Source: a virus
Taxonomy: Duplodnaviria > Caudoviricetes
Length of the DNA: 42,343 nucleotides
IMG/VR virus record: IMGVR_UViG_3300010376_000066
Coordinates: 1-42,343 of that record
Direction: 5' to 3' (one strand)
How positions within the stretch are numbered: position 1 is the stretch's first letter; each line of letters opens with the position of its first letter. Made by a program: the position numbers and the translations under genes. Of this stretch, positions 1 to 8,447 are shown in pieces. The notes under the pieces were generated by a model that was given only the letters and a program-made list of their open reading frames with translations, did no database searches and was not told where the DNA came from.

Positions 1-927
1 CGCGAGCGGGGATGGACAGGGACGATCCCTGTGACCAGGCGGGGGACGAAGGCACCTCTGGTCAAGGGTGTGACGGGCCATAACGGAACAGATCCCTCCG
101 ACGAGCTGTTGACAAAGCTTATCGCCGAATTCCCGACCGCTAATATAGGAATTAGGCTTCCCTGGAGCATAGTCGGAATTGATGTTGACGCTTATGACGA
201 GCGCGGCGGCGATGCGACAATTGCGAGTCTTGAGAAGACTCTTGACTGTCCGTTGCCGGTAACGTGGCGCTCTACCTCGCGCGACGATGGCGTATCAGGG
301 ATCTACCTTTTCTATGCGCCACGGTCCCCGTTCCAAGTTTGGGTGACTGACCTGGGCGCGGGAAGTGGCGTCGAGATCGCGCAGTACCATCATAGGTTCG
401 CGACAGTCTCCCCGTCAATTCACAACTCGACCGGACGGCAGTACTGGTGGTACCGGGGGCGTGAGCGTTCTGGAATCCCGCGCCCAGAAGAACTGCCGTG
501 GCTTCCGGTGAAGTGGGGAGACTTTCTCCTAAGTTCGCGCGAATATGTGGTCAAAGACGCAGCGGCTGATGCCGTAGTAGCAGAATGGTATCGAAGGGTA
601 TCTGGAGGGGTGATGTGCAAGTACATGTTGACAGCGGCCGAGCGAGAAGCCGGCAAGATCCGCGCCGCAACAGTACTAGGCGGCCTACACGACACACTCA
701 TAGCGGCGGTTACGCATCTATGTAACAACGCAGCCGAAGGGCATCTCGGTCTTGACGTCGGGCTGTCTGTGGTCGAGGATGCCTTCAAGACTAGTGGGAG
801 GAGGCGAAACCTAGGATCTGAATGGACCGGAGCGGTGAACACGGCGATGGCAAAGGCGGCCGCCATTCGGCCGCAGGAGACAGTAGATGTATGCTCTCTG
901 GATGATGACTGGCGGCGGACATCATGA
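1..927 (+). CDS. Bifunctional DNA primase/polymerase (prim-pol), 5'-truncated by the window
   Basis: Frame is open from base 1 (RERGWTGTIPVTRRGTKAP). Motifs NIGIRLP, VGIDVD, TWRSTSR, SPSIHNSTGRQYWW; helicase gene follows. Confidence 0.85.
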   Translation, partial: RERGWTGTIPVTRRGTKAPLVKGVTGHNGTDPSDELLTKLIAEFPTANIGIRLPWSIVGIDVDAYDERGGDATIASLEKTLDCPLPVTWRSTSRDDGVSGIYLFYAPRSPFQVWVTDLGAGSGVEIAQYHHRFATVSPSIHNSTGRQYWWYRGRERSGIPRPEELPWLPVKWGDFLLSSREYVVKDAAADAVVAEWYRRVSGGVMCKYMLTAAEREAGKIRAATVLGGLHDTLIAAVTHLCNNAAEGHLGLDVGLSVVEDAFKTSGRRRNLGSEWTGAVNTAMAKAAAIRPQETVDVCSLDDDWRRTS

Positions 928-2105
928 GTGATGATGAAAAGCGGCCACGTCGCGGAGAAGTCCAGAAGCCATTCAAGTACGAGCCTCCGTTCACGGGGGC
1001 AAGCCCATACTCATACAATGGCCACGGAAACAAGGGGAATGCGGAGGAGTACAGCGAATTCCAGCGCGAGGTAGGGAGACAGCGCAATCGGCGAGATGCC
1101 AGCCGGTTCCTTGACAATGAGTCATGGACACAGCCCAGTCCGGGATGTTCACTAGCCGAGGCACGCCTCGATCCGCCATCCCCGGTTCGGTTCACGATCA
1201 ATGAGTTGTTGCCGGATGGCATCTCGATGCTCGCGGCGCAGTTCAAGGTCGGGAAGACGACGCTAGGGATCAACCTAGCCGCTAGCCTAGCCTCCGGTGA
1301 GGACTTCCTTGACTGGTTCGAGGTCGATGAGATTGCCGGAAACATCGGCTACTGGAACATGGAAGTCAACGAGTCGCAGATGTTCGCGTGGCAGGATCAG
1401 ATAGTCACACGAGGGGCCGACAGGATTTTCACGGCGCACCTGCGTGGGCACAGGATGGACCTGCTCAGTGACATCACGGCCGAGTGGACCGTCTCATGGC
1501 TTACCGCGTATGACGTCGATGTGTGGATCCTCGACCCGATCGGGCGGATGCTTGACGACGAGAATAGTTCGTCAGAATTCAACAGGTGGTTCAAGGCGCT
1601 AGAGGAGATAGTATCAAAGACAAAAGTTCGGTCTACTCTCCTGATGCACCACTCCGGACACGCCGAATCGGGCAATGAGGACACAATCCCGCGAGCACGC
1701 GGAGCATCAGCTATGCTCGGGAATACCGACGTAAATATCAACTACAGGCATGGTGGAAAGCTTGGTGAAGTACCACCTGATTCCTACCGGTACCTCTCAG
1801 CATTCGGGCGTGGAGTAGAGGTCTCGGAAATTACTGTCGGATATGATAAGGGCACCGGGAGGCTATACATGGATGAGTGCGCTCAGACCCGTCAGGAGAG
1901 CAGGATTGACCGGGGAATAGACAATGCGGTAGCGGTCATTGAGGAGGCGGGCAACTGGGTTCTTAACAAGGGCGATCTCAAGAAAGCAATGAAAGGTTCC
2001 TCAAATGACAAGGACGCGATCATAGATACCGCGGTGCAAGACGGAAGGCTTGTTACACGCAGGAAAGCAGGAAGTACGGCCATACTTTATGGTATTCCAG
2101 AGTAG
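924..2105 (+). CDS. RepA-like/AAA_25 replicative helicase
   Basis: Walker A AQFKVGKT, Walker B VWILDP, LMHHSGH and RARGASA motifs; ATGA overlap with prim-pol. Confidence 0.85.
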   Translation: MSDDEKRPRRGEVQKPFKYEPPFTGASPYSYNGHGNKGNAEEYSEFQREVGRQRNRRDASRFLDNESWTQPSPGCSLAEARLDPPSPVRFTINELLPDGISMLAAQFKVGKTTLGINLAASLASGEDFLDWFEVDEIAGNIGYWNMEVNESQMFAWQDQIVTRGADRIFTAHLRGHRMDLLSDITAEWTVSWLTAYDVDVWILDPIGRMLDDENSSSEFNRWFKALEEIVSKTKVRSTLLMHHSGHAESGNEDTIPRARGASAMLGNTDVNINYRHGGKLGEVPPDSYRYLSAFGRGVEVSEITVGYDKGTGRLYMDECAQTRQESRIDRGIDNAVAVIEEAGNWVLNKGDLKKAMKGSSNDKDAIIDTAVQDGRLVTRRKAGSTAILYGIPE

Positions 2106-2107
2106 GT

Positions 2108-2200
2108 CCGGACTAGTATCGGGCTAGTCTCGGACTAGCTAGTCTCCACCAAACCGAGAAAACCTCTCGGGAAACCCCTCCGTAGGACGGGGGTTTCCCG
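2108..2200. repeat. Three 11-bp CGG(A/G)CTAG repeats followed by two overlapping inverted repeats (candidate origin or terminator)
   Basis: cggactagtat/cgggctagtct/cggactagcta; CCGAGA-aaacc-TCTCGG at 2154-2170; CGGGAAACCCC...GGGGTTTCCCG at 2168-2200. Confidence 0.6.
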
Positions 2201-2245
2201 CCGGAATTTCGTATCTGCTAGAAAAACCCATGAAATGGAGGACAA

Positions 2246-2455
2246 ATGGATGATAAGGCAATAATACAGGAAGCTTTGATTTGGCTGATAGATCATCCGT
2301 GGTCGACAGCCTATGAGGTGGCGCGGGCTTGTGGGCATGGTAGCGACGCTGACGCACTACACCTGTACGATTTGTTTTGCGGAATCGAGAAGTCGGGAAT
2401 CATAACGCAAAGGCATAGGATGAAGGAAGTCGCAATGGAATGGAAGGTGTACTGA
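2246..2455 (+). CDS. Small winged-HTH-like protein
   Basis: GGAGG RBS; HPWSTAYEVARACG helix-turn-helix pattern. Confidence 0.6.
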   Translation: MDDKAIIQEALIWLIDHPWSTAYEVARACGHGSDADALHLYDLFCGIEKSGIITQRHRMKEVAMEWKVY

Positions 2456-3264
2456 TGTCGATCTACATACCAACGTGCGGACGGTACGAAATGCTACAGA
2501 AGACCGTGCCGCGATGGCTAGAGCAGAACATACTGCCTGTTCGCCTTGTAGTGCCCGCCGGACAGTACGCAGAACATGTACATATGCGGAATGCTATGGG
2601 GTGGGATGGCGTGTTCGTCGTAGGGCTGCCGTCGGACTCATGGGGCATTGGCTCGTCGCGGCACTTCTGCGTAGAGCATGCGGCTCGAATGGGTTATGGG
2701 GAGATCATAATGAGCGATGATGACTACCGGCCGTCAAATGGGACGGACGTCAGCCTACTGCTTGAGGCAGCGAAGGACCCACTCGCTCTCGGGGTTGGCG
2801 CAGCACGAGGACTGCTCGACCGGTTCAACTCAGGGGCACTCTCCCGGCTGTCCGGAGTCATATTCTGTCCTGGTGGGTGGGGCTTCATGGTGTACTCGCT
2901 TAACATCGCCAATACGCTTGAGTGCGGGAACTTTGATCCGGAGTTGTCATTCTGTGAGGATGCCGAGCTGATGCGTAATGGGATTGTACGGGGGCTGCCA
3001 TGGCTACTTCATTGCGATGTCTGGATGGACTCTGTCGGCAAGCGGTATGAGCCTGGTGGGATCTCCTCGCTGTTCGATGGCGACAGATCGGCAAGAGATG
3101 CTGATGAATCAAGATGTCTTCGGCTTGTCGAATCAAGGTGGCCCAAGTACCAGCACCCAATGAAGGATGGGGTTCGGTCGCGGATGTCCTGGTCCAAGAT
3201 GTATGACGACTACATGCCTGGATGGCGTGCCCTGTCGGCCCTACACGGGGGAACGCTCGACTAG
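2455..3264 (+). CDS. GT-A fold glycosyltransferase, TAGT/GREB1-like (resembles DNA-base glycosyltransferases)
   Basis: IYIPTCGR start, GIGSSRHFC, IIMSDDD, FDPELSFCEDAEL and PGG motifs; TGATG coupling. Confidence 0.7.
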   Translation: MSIYIPTCGRYEMLQKTVPRWLEQNILPVRLVVPAGQYAEHVHMRNAMGWDGVFVVGLPSDSWGIGSSRHFCVEHAARMGYGEIIMSDDDYRPSNGTDVSLLLEAAKDPLALGVGAARGLLDRFNSGALSRLSGVIFCPGGWGFMVYSLNIANTLECGNFDPELSFCEDAELMRNGIVRGLPWLLHCDVWMDSVGKRYEPGGISSLFDGDRSARDADESRCLRLVESRWPKYQHPMKDGVRSRMSWSKMYDDYMPGWRALSALHGGTLD

Positions 3265-3278
3265 GGTCGTCCGGGGGC

Positions 3279-3307
3279 TAGACGAACCGGCCCGGATCGG
3301 GTATACT
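3279..3307 (+). promoter_or_regulatory. Promoter TAGACG-N17-TATACT for the packaging operon
   Basis: Sigma70-like hexamers; identical hexamers at 13082-13110 and, on the minus strand, 35741-35770. Confidence 0.75.
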
Positions 3308-3313
3308 CTCGAC

Positions 3314-3446
3314 TAGGCACGGCTTACGCTGAGGAGGTTGGTAGGATGGAGGGCTTCGGTCCTGTGGTGGTGGTGCCGGGAGATACCCCTTGCCCGGCGT
3401 CGATTGGCTGCGTGGCCGTGCCCTGGTCCGCTAACCTCAGGGCGTA
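3314..3446 (+). ncRNA. Candidate structured leader or ncRNA with pseudoknot
   Basis: Pairings 3325-3346/3427-3446, 3316-3323/3415-3422, 3372-3380/3393-3401, and a cUUCGg hairpin at 3350-3363; starts just after the promoter. Confidence 0.5.
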
Positions 3447-3449
3447 CCA

Positions 3450-4067
3450 GTGAGTGCCGGTTCATGGCGCAAGACGCCCCTGCCCCATGGGTGGGGGCGT
3501 TTGCGCATAGTTGTCCTGGCGCGGGACCCTGTCTGCCAGTGGGGCATGCTGAAGGGCGAGGATGGGCCGTGCCTGGCGCCATCGACCGAGTGCGACCACA
3601 TCGGCGATCCCGGCGACCACCGGCCGGACATGCTGCGGGGGCTGTGTCTGGTCCATCACCGTCGCCGGTCGAACCTCCAGAGCAATGCCAGGTGGCTTTT
3701 GCGCAAGCGGCCCGTGGATCCGCATCCGGGGGTCATTCGTGATCCCAACATCCGCCGCGTCCATGAGGTCAACGTTGAAGGTGAGATGTTGTTATGCCGC
3801 CATTCATCCCACTCCAGAAGAACCGCAAGCCAGGGGACGGCGAGAAGGTCTGCCCGAAGTGCGACGGTACCGGCTCGGTCAACACCCATGCGTGTCCGGT
3901 CTGCCACCACTCGGGTGTCGTGCCTAAGGACTGGAAGCAGGGGGATGGCCCGGTGCCGCCGGGGGCAACAGGCAAGAGGCCGTTGCCTGCTGGTGGTGGT
4001 TCTGACACATGAGTGCCAAAAAGCGTCCAGAGCAGCGCACCGGCACCGGAGGGTCTGGCGCGGCTAA
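3450..4067 (+). CDS. Terminase-associated HNH endonuclease (frame runs on beyond the usual C-terminus)
   Basis: LPHGWGRLR..VLARDPVC, ECDHIGDPGDH, LRGLCLVHH, RPVDPHPG; sits upstream of the terminase genes. Confidence 0.8.
   Translation: MSAGSWRKTPLPHGWGRLRIVVLARDPVCQWGMLKGEDGPCLAPSTECDHIGDPGDHRPDMLRGLCLVHHRRRSNLQSNARWLLRKRPVDPHPGVIRDPNIRRVHEVNVEGEMLLCRHSSHSRRTASQGTARRSARSATVPARSTPMRVRSATTRVSCLRTGSRGMARCRRGQQARGRCLLVVVLTHECQKASRAAHRHRRVWRG
3794..4012 (+). CDS. Small DnaJ-type zinc-finger protein
   Basis: CPKCDGTG and CPVCHHSG; GAAGGTGA RBS; ATGA overlap with terS. Confidence 0.65.
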   Translation: MPPFIPLQKNRKPGDGEKVCPKCDGTGSVNTHACPVCHHSGVVPKDWKQGDGPVPPGATGKRPLPAGGGSDT

Positions 4068-4461
4068 TGACCCACGCTTCATCGCGATCTCCAAGGGCAC
4101 CACGAAGCGGCACGGCATACCGATTCCACAGCCGAACCCGGACTGGCACCCCACCGCACAGTCGTGGTTCAGGTCGCTAGCGCTGTCGGGGCAGTCGGAG
4201 TTTTATGAGGCATCAGACTGGGCCACCGCGGTGCTTGCTGCGGATGTCTATGACCTGTTCCTGCGTACGGCTCGGGCGAACTACCTGCCTACGTTTGAGC
4301 GGCTATCACAGCGGCTCGGCGTCACGGTGGTTGATCGCAAGAAGAGCCGCATTGAGCTGGATAATGATGATGTTACCGACGCAGATGAGGAAGCAGCGAA
4401 CGACGCTGTGATCTCGTGGCATGGCCGTCTAGGTATCGTGAGGGATGGTACCGATGGTTAA
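4009..4461 (+). CDS. terS: Terminase small subunit
   Basis: PDWHPTAQSWFRSLALSGQSEFYEASDWA and LGVTVVDRKKSRIE, typical of actinophage TerS. Confidence 0.85.
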   Translation: MSAKKRPEQRTGTGGSGAANDPRFIAISKGTTKRHGIPIPQPNPDWHPTAQSWFRSLALSGQSEFYEASDWATAVLAADVYDLFLRTARANYLPTFERLSQRLGVTVVDRKKSRIELDNDDVTDADEEAANDAVISWHGRLGIVRDGTDG

Positions 4462-5185
4462 CTTCAACTTTTCCGAGCTGCGGGGATTCCATGGGCGCTG
4501 GGTGCTCGGCGGCGAGCGGCACAAGCACCTCCGGCATCGCAAGGGGATTGGGACCGCTCTCGTCCGGTACGCGGGCGAGGCAACTAAGAGTTCCGAGAAG
4601 GACGCAAAGGCTGCTGAGCGTGAGGGCAAGTCGGCCGAGCGCGAGACGAAGCGCCTGACTGACGAGGACATCCGGAAGGCAGCGAACAAGGTTGCCGAGG
4701 CGAAGGGCGTTCCGGAGCGAGCCATGGCTCAGGCTGAGCGGGAAGCTGGCGTGAAGGGTGGCGGCCGGGAGGGTGAAGGCGAGGCCAAGAAGGAAGGTGA
4801 GAAGGCCAAGGACAAGAAGGGTGGTGGCCGTCGGCGGGGCGGTCATGGGCAGGGGCTGTACAATCTGGCACGTACTGGTGGTGTTGGTCTTAGGGGCATT
4901 GGCGGCGCGGTACGGCTAGCGGCATACCTGCATCACGCCAAGCCGAAGGCCGCAGCCAAGAAGAAAGCCGCCAAGAAGAAGGCGGCCGCCAAGAAGAAGG
5001 CACCGCCAAAGAGGAAGACCGCAGTGCGGAAGGCAGCGCACAAGGTGGCGGCGCAGCGACAGATAGCCGCTCCAAAGGCTCCGAAGCCACCAACAGCCCG
5101 ACCGGCGGGTAGTGGCAAGGCTCAGATCGCGAAGCCGAGTGCGCAAGTGATGGCCAACCTCGCGAGGTACGTCGGGACTCCATAG
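4454..5185 (+). CDS. Basic Lys/Ala-rich histone-like protein
   Basis: N-terminal ELRGFHGRW motif, charged helix, AAKKK repeats; fills the terS-terL gap. Confidence 0.7.
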   Translation: MVNFNFSELRGFHGRWVLGGERHKHLRHRKGIGTALVRYAGEATKSSEKDAKAAEREGKSAERETKRLTDEDIRKAANKVAEAKGVPERAMAQAEREAGVKGGGREGEGEAKKEGEKAKDKKGGGRRRGGHGQGLYNLARTGGVGLRGIGGAVRLAAYLHHAKPKAAAKKKAAKKKAAAKKKAPPKRKTAVRKAAHKVAAQRQIAAPKAPKPPTARPAGSGKAQIAKPSAQVMANLARYVGTP

Positions 5186-5203
5186 TCAGAAGGGGGTGGT
5201 GAG

Positions 5204-6871
5204 GTGAAGGCGGTGTTGATTGCGCCGCGTGATCGCCTTATCACGCTCCCTGAAGGTGTTCCGGAGCTGACGCTGGGCTGGGAGGCGATTCACTGGGCGT
5301 CGAAGTACCTCAAGCAGCCGGATGGGCCTTACGCCGGAGAGCGGTGGGAATTCACAGAGTCTCAGGTGCGGTTCATCTTGTGGTGGTACTCCCTGTCGCC
5401 GGATGGTAGGTGGTTGTTCTATCACGGAGTACGCCGGTACGCGAAAGGCGCAGGCAAAAGCCCTTTTGCCGCTGTTCTCGCCATGGTAGAGTTGCTGGCG
5501 CCCGTCCGGCTCCGGTCGTGGAATTCTGGCGCGCCTGGTGGAGTCGTCGGGAAGCCCGTATCAATGCCGCTCGTCCAGATCGGGGCATCCTCGCATGACC
5601 AGGCTAACGTCAACACGATGCGGATGGTACGGGCGCTACTGCCCAAGAACTCGCGAATCTTGCGAGACTATGATGTCGAAGCTGGCAAGACAATATTCCA
5701 CGTGCCAGGCGGAGGACAACTCATGGTCATCACGAGTTCGCCAACTACCGAGGAAGGTGCTCTTGTCACCTTTGCGATTCTGGACCAGACCGAGTCGTTC
5801 ACTCCGTCCAATGGAGGAGTCGACCTTGCCGAAGTCATGGACCGGAACGTTGCCAAGTCCGGATCGCGAATCATAGAGACGTCGAATGCCTGGGAGCCGG
5901 GGCAGCTGACAGTAGCAGAGTCGACATTTGATGCCTGGGTGTCTCAGGAAGAGGGGATTCTCAAGGGGAAGGGGAAGATCCTGTATGACTCACGAATGGC
6001 CCCTCCTGATGTTGATTTCGATGATGTCACATCCATCCGTAAGGCGGTCGAGTTTGCTTACGGTGACGCGTATTGGGTTGATACTGAGGATATCGTGGAA
6101 AATCGTATCCTATCGCCGCGCACACCGCTCGACGTCTCAAAGCGGTACTACCTGAACTGGCCTGAGTCGGCGCAAGATGCCTGGACTACCGCTCAGCGCT
6201 GGGCGCGGCTCTCTGATCCGGAGTTCAGGATTGATGATGGCGATGATATCGTCATGTTCTTCGATGGATCGAGGGTGGCTGATGCTACTGCATTGGTTGG
6301 ATGTCATGTGGAGACTGGTTTCATTTTCTCTCTTGGTGTTTGGGAGCCACAAGGCAATCGTCCTGTTCCGCTTGATGAGGTCCACTTTGCGGTACAAGCC
6401 GCCAAAGAGAAGTGGCATGTATGTGCGTTCTTCGCGGACGTCAATGAGTGGGAGGAATCGACCAAGATAACGTGGCGTGACTGGTTCACAGACGAGTATG
6501 AGCTTGATATCTGGGCAGTACCGACCGGGCGAGATCCTCAGCCGGTGGCCTGGGATATGCGCTCACACACGGCCGAGTTCACGCAGGCGTGCGAGATGGT
6601 CCTATCAGAGATTGAGTCGCCAAACATAGTATTTGTACATGATGGTGATTCGGCCCTAGGCCGTCATGTCGTTAATGCTAGGCGTCGGCCGAACCGTTGG
6701 GGCATTTCTATTGGCAAGGAAGCGCCTAAATCGCCAAGGAAGATCGACGCTTGCGTGTGCATGATTGGCGCACGGCACGCTAGGCGGCTCGTACTCGGCT
6801 CTAAGGCATACAAGGACCGTAAGGCGTCTGCCGCTAAGTCAGGCAAGCGGAGAGTGTGGAGCTTCTCATGA
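5204..6871 (+). CDS. terL: Terminase large subunit
   Basis: TLGW, Walker A RYAKGAGKSP, nuclease motifs FFDGS..DATALV and KIDACV; GGTGA RBS. Confidence 0.95.
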   Translation: MKAVLIAPRDRLITLPEGVPELTLGWEAIHWASKYLKQPDGPYAGERWEFTESQVRFILWWYSLSPDGRWLFYHGVRRYAKGAGKSPFAAVLAMVELLAPVRLRSWNSGAPGGVVGKPVSMPLVQIGASSHDQANVNTMRMVRALLPKNSRILRDYDVEAGKTIFHVPGGGQLMVITSSPTTEEGALVTFAILDQTESFTPSNGGVDLAEVMDRNVAKSGSRIIETSNAWEPGQLTVAESTFDAWVSQEEGILKGKGKILYDSRMAPPDVDFDDVTSIRKAVEFAYGDAYWVDTEDIVENRILSPRTPLDVSKRYYLNWPESAQDAWTTAQRWARLSDPEFRIDDGDDIVMFFDGSRVADATALVGCHVETGFIFSLGVWEPQGNRPVPLDEVHFAVQAAKEKWHVCAFFADVNEWEESTKITWRDWFTDEYELDIWAVPTGRDPQPVAWDMRSHTAEFTQACEMVLSEIESPNIVFVHDGDSALGRHVVNARRRPNRWGISIGKEAPKSPRKIDACVCMIGARHARRLVLGSKAYKDRKASAAKSGKRRVWSFS

Positions 6872-8433
6872 TTATCGGCATGAATGATGTGGTCGACCTT
6901 ACTCAGTCGGCTCTTGCGGCGCGGGAAGCCGAGCAGAACCGTCTGCGGAGGATCGGCAACTACGTACGTGGCCGACAGGACCCGCCGTACATCCCACGTG
7001 GCGTGAATGCGGAGTACCGGTGGATAGCCAAGAAGGCTCGGCGCAATTTCCTGCCTCTTGTGATTTCCGTGGTCTCGGAGAACCTCCATGTGGACGGCTA
7101 CAAGTCGTCCGGTACGACTGCCAATGAACTGGCTTCGCCTCAGAAGCCGACTCCGGAGTGGGATGCGTTCCGGGCGAACCGGATGGTGTCGCGTCAGCAC
7201 GGCGTACACCGCTCGATCATCAAGTATGGCTCGGCGTACACCGTTGTGCTTCCCGGGCAGCTCACCACGGCCGAAGAACAGCCGGCAAACGTTCCGGTGA
7301 TCCGGCCGGTATCGCCGCGACGCATGACTGCGTTCTACGCGGATTCGGTTGATGATGAGTGGCCGCAGTTCGCGATCGAGGTGAACATCATAAACATGCC
7401 GAAGGGGCTGTCGCGGCTGCTGGTGTATGTCTATGACGAACAGAACAGATACATCCTCACCGGGGATGCGGCAGTCGACCCGTCTCAGGCCAACATCAGG
7501 CTTGCGGAAGCTGATGACGTCCTGTTGGGCGGGCAGCCGGTCCTCGCGGCGCATGGGCTAGGGCTATGTCCCGTCGTACGGTTCCTGTACGAGGTTGACC
7601 TGGATGCCGAAGAGGACTGCATAGGTGAGATCGAGCCGCTCATGCCTATACAGGACCAGATCAACTTTGACACGTTCAACCTGATGATCTCGACGCAGTT
7701 TGCTGCGTTCCGGCAGCGGTATGTCTCCGGTATGTCGCCGGTCGATGAAGAGGGGCGCGAGACTGCGCCGTTCCGGCCGGGCGTGGACCGGGTATGGGCG
7801 TCGGATGATCCTGCGACGAAGTTTGGGGAGTTCGGTGAGACAGCACTGCAACCGTACTCGCTGGTACGCGAGGACGGGATTCGTCATATGTCCACTGTCA
7901 GCCAGATACCTCCGTATCACCTTCTCGGGCAAGTCGCTAACATGTCAGCAGAAGCTCTCGCTGCCGCACGAGATGGTCTTGATCGAAAGATTGAAGAATT
8001 GCAGGCTGGACAGACCGATCCCTGGCGGAACGTCTTCAGACTGACGTGTCTAGCGCAGGGGAATGAAGCAGGATGGAATGACCTGTTCGGTACGGTCGTG
8101 TGGCGTGATACGTCGGCCCGGTCGTTCGCGGCGACGATCGATGCGCTCGGCAAGCTGTCTCAGATGCTCGGCGTGCCGGCAGAGGAACTGTGGACGCGTG
8201 TGCCTGGAGCTACGTCTGACGATGTCGCGTCGTGGCAGCTGGCATACCAGAGGCAGCAGGCTCAGGCGATCGTACAGCAGGTGATAGCCCAGCAGCAAAT
8301 GGCGCAGGCGGGTGGCGCGGCAGCACCTCCTGGAGCGCCTCCTGGTTACATTCCTCCGGGCGGCCAGCTTCCGCCTGGGGCGCCTCCTCCTGGCGCGGCT
8401 CCCGGTGCGCCCGCTATTGGTGCTGCGCCGTGA
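6868..8433 (+). CDS. Portal protein (SPP1 gp6-like) with Pro-rich tail
   Basis: RNFLPLVI, GEIEPLMPIQDQIN, AFRQRY, KFGEF, NMSAEAL; follows terL. Confidence 0.92.
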   Translation: MIIGMNDVVDLTQSALAAREAEQNRLRRIGNYVRGRQDPPYIPRGVNAEYRWIAKKARRNFLPLVISVVSENLHVDGYKSSGTTANELASPQKPTPEWDAFRANRMVSRQHGVHRSIIKYGSAYTVVLPGQLTTAEEQPANVPVIRPVSPRRMTAFYADSVDDEWPQFAIEVNIINMPKGLSRLLVYVYDEQNRYILTGDAAVDPSQANIRLAEADDVLLGGQPVLAAHGLGLCPVVRFLYEVDLDAEEDCIGEIEPLMPIQDQINFDTFNLMISTQFAAFRQRYVSGMSPVDEEGRETAPFRPGVDRVWASDDPATKFGEFGETALQPYSLVREDGIRHMSTVSQIPPYHLLGQVANMSAEALAAARDGLDRKIEELQAGQTDPWRNVFRLTCLAQGNEAGWNDLFGTVVWRDTSARSFAATIDALGKLSQMLGVPAEELWTRVPGATSDDVASWQLAYQRQQAQAIVQQVIAQQQMAQAGGAAAPPGAPPGYIPPGGQLPPGAPPPGAAPGAPAIGAAP

Positions 8434-8447
8434 GGGGCGTAGCCGGG

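Noticed and set aside
3329-3336. CUGAGGA resembling the hammerhead CUGANGA core
   Set aside because: No GAAA partner motif in the surrounding structured region
5770-5800. TerL Walker B reads ILDQTE rather than DE
   Set aside because: Non-canonical Walker B sequences occur in this actinophage terminase group; the rest of the protein is intact
6664-7554. Long antisense ORFs (also 13870-14757, 18925-19698, 40885-41673)
   Set aside because: Shadow frames of GC-rich genes, without RBS or recognisable motifs
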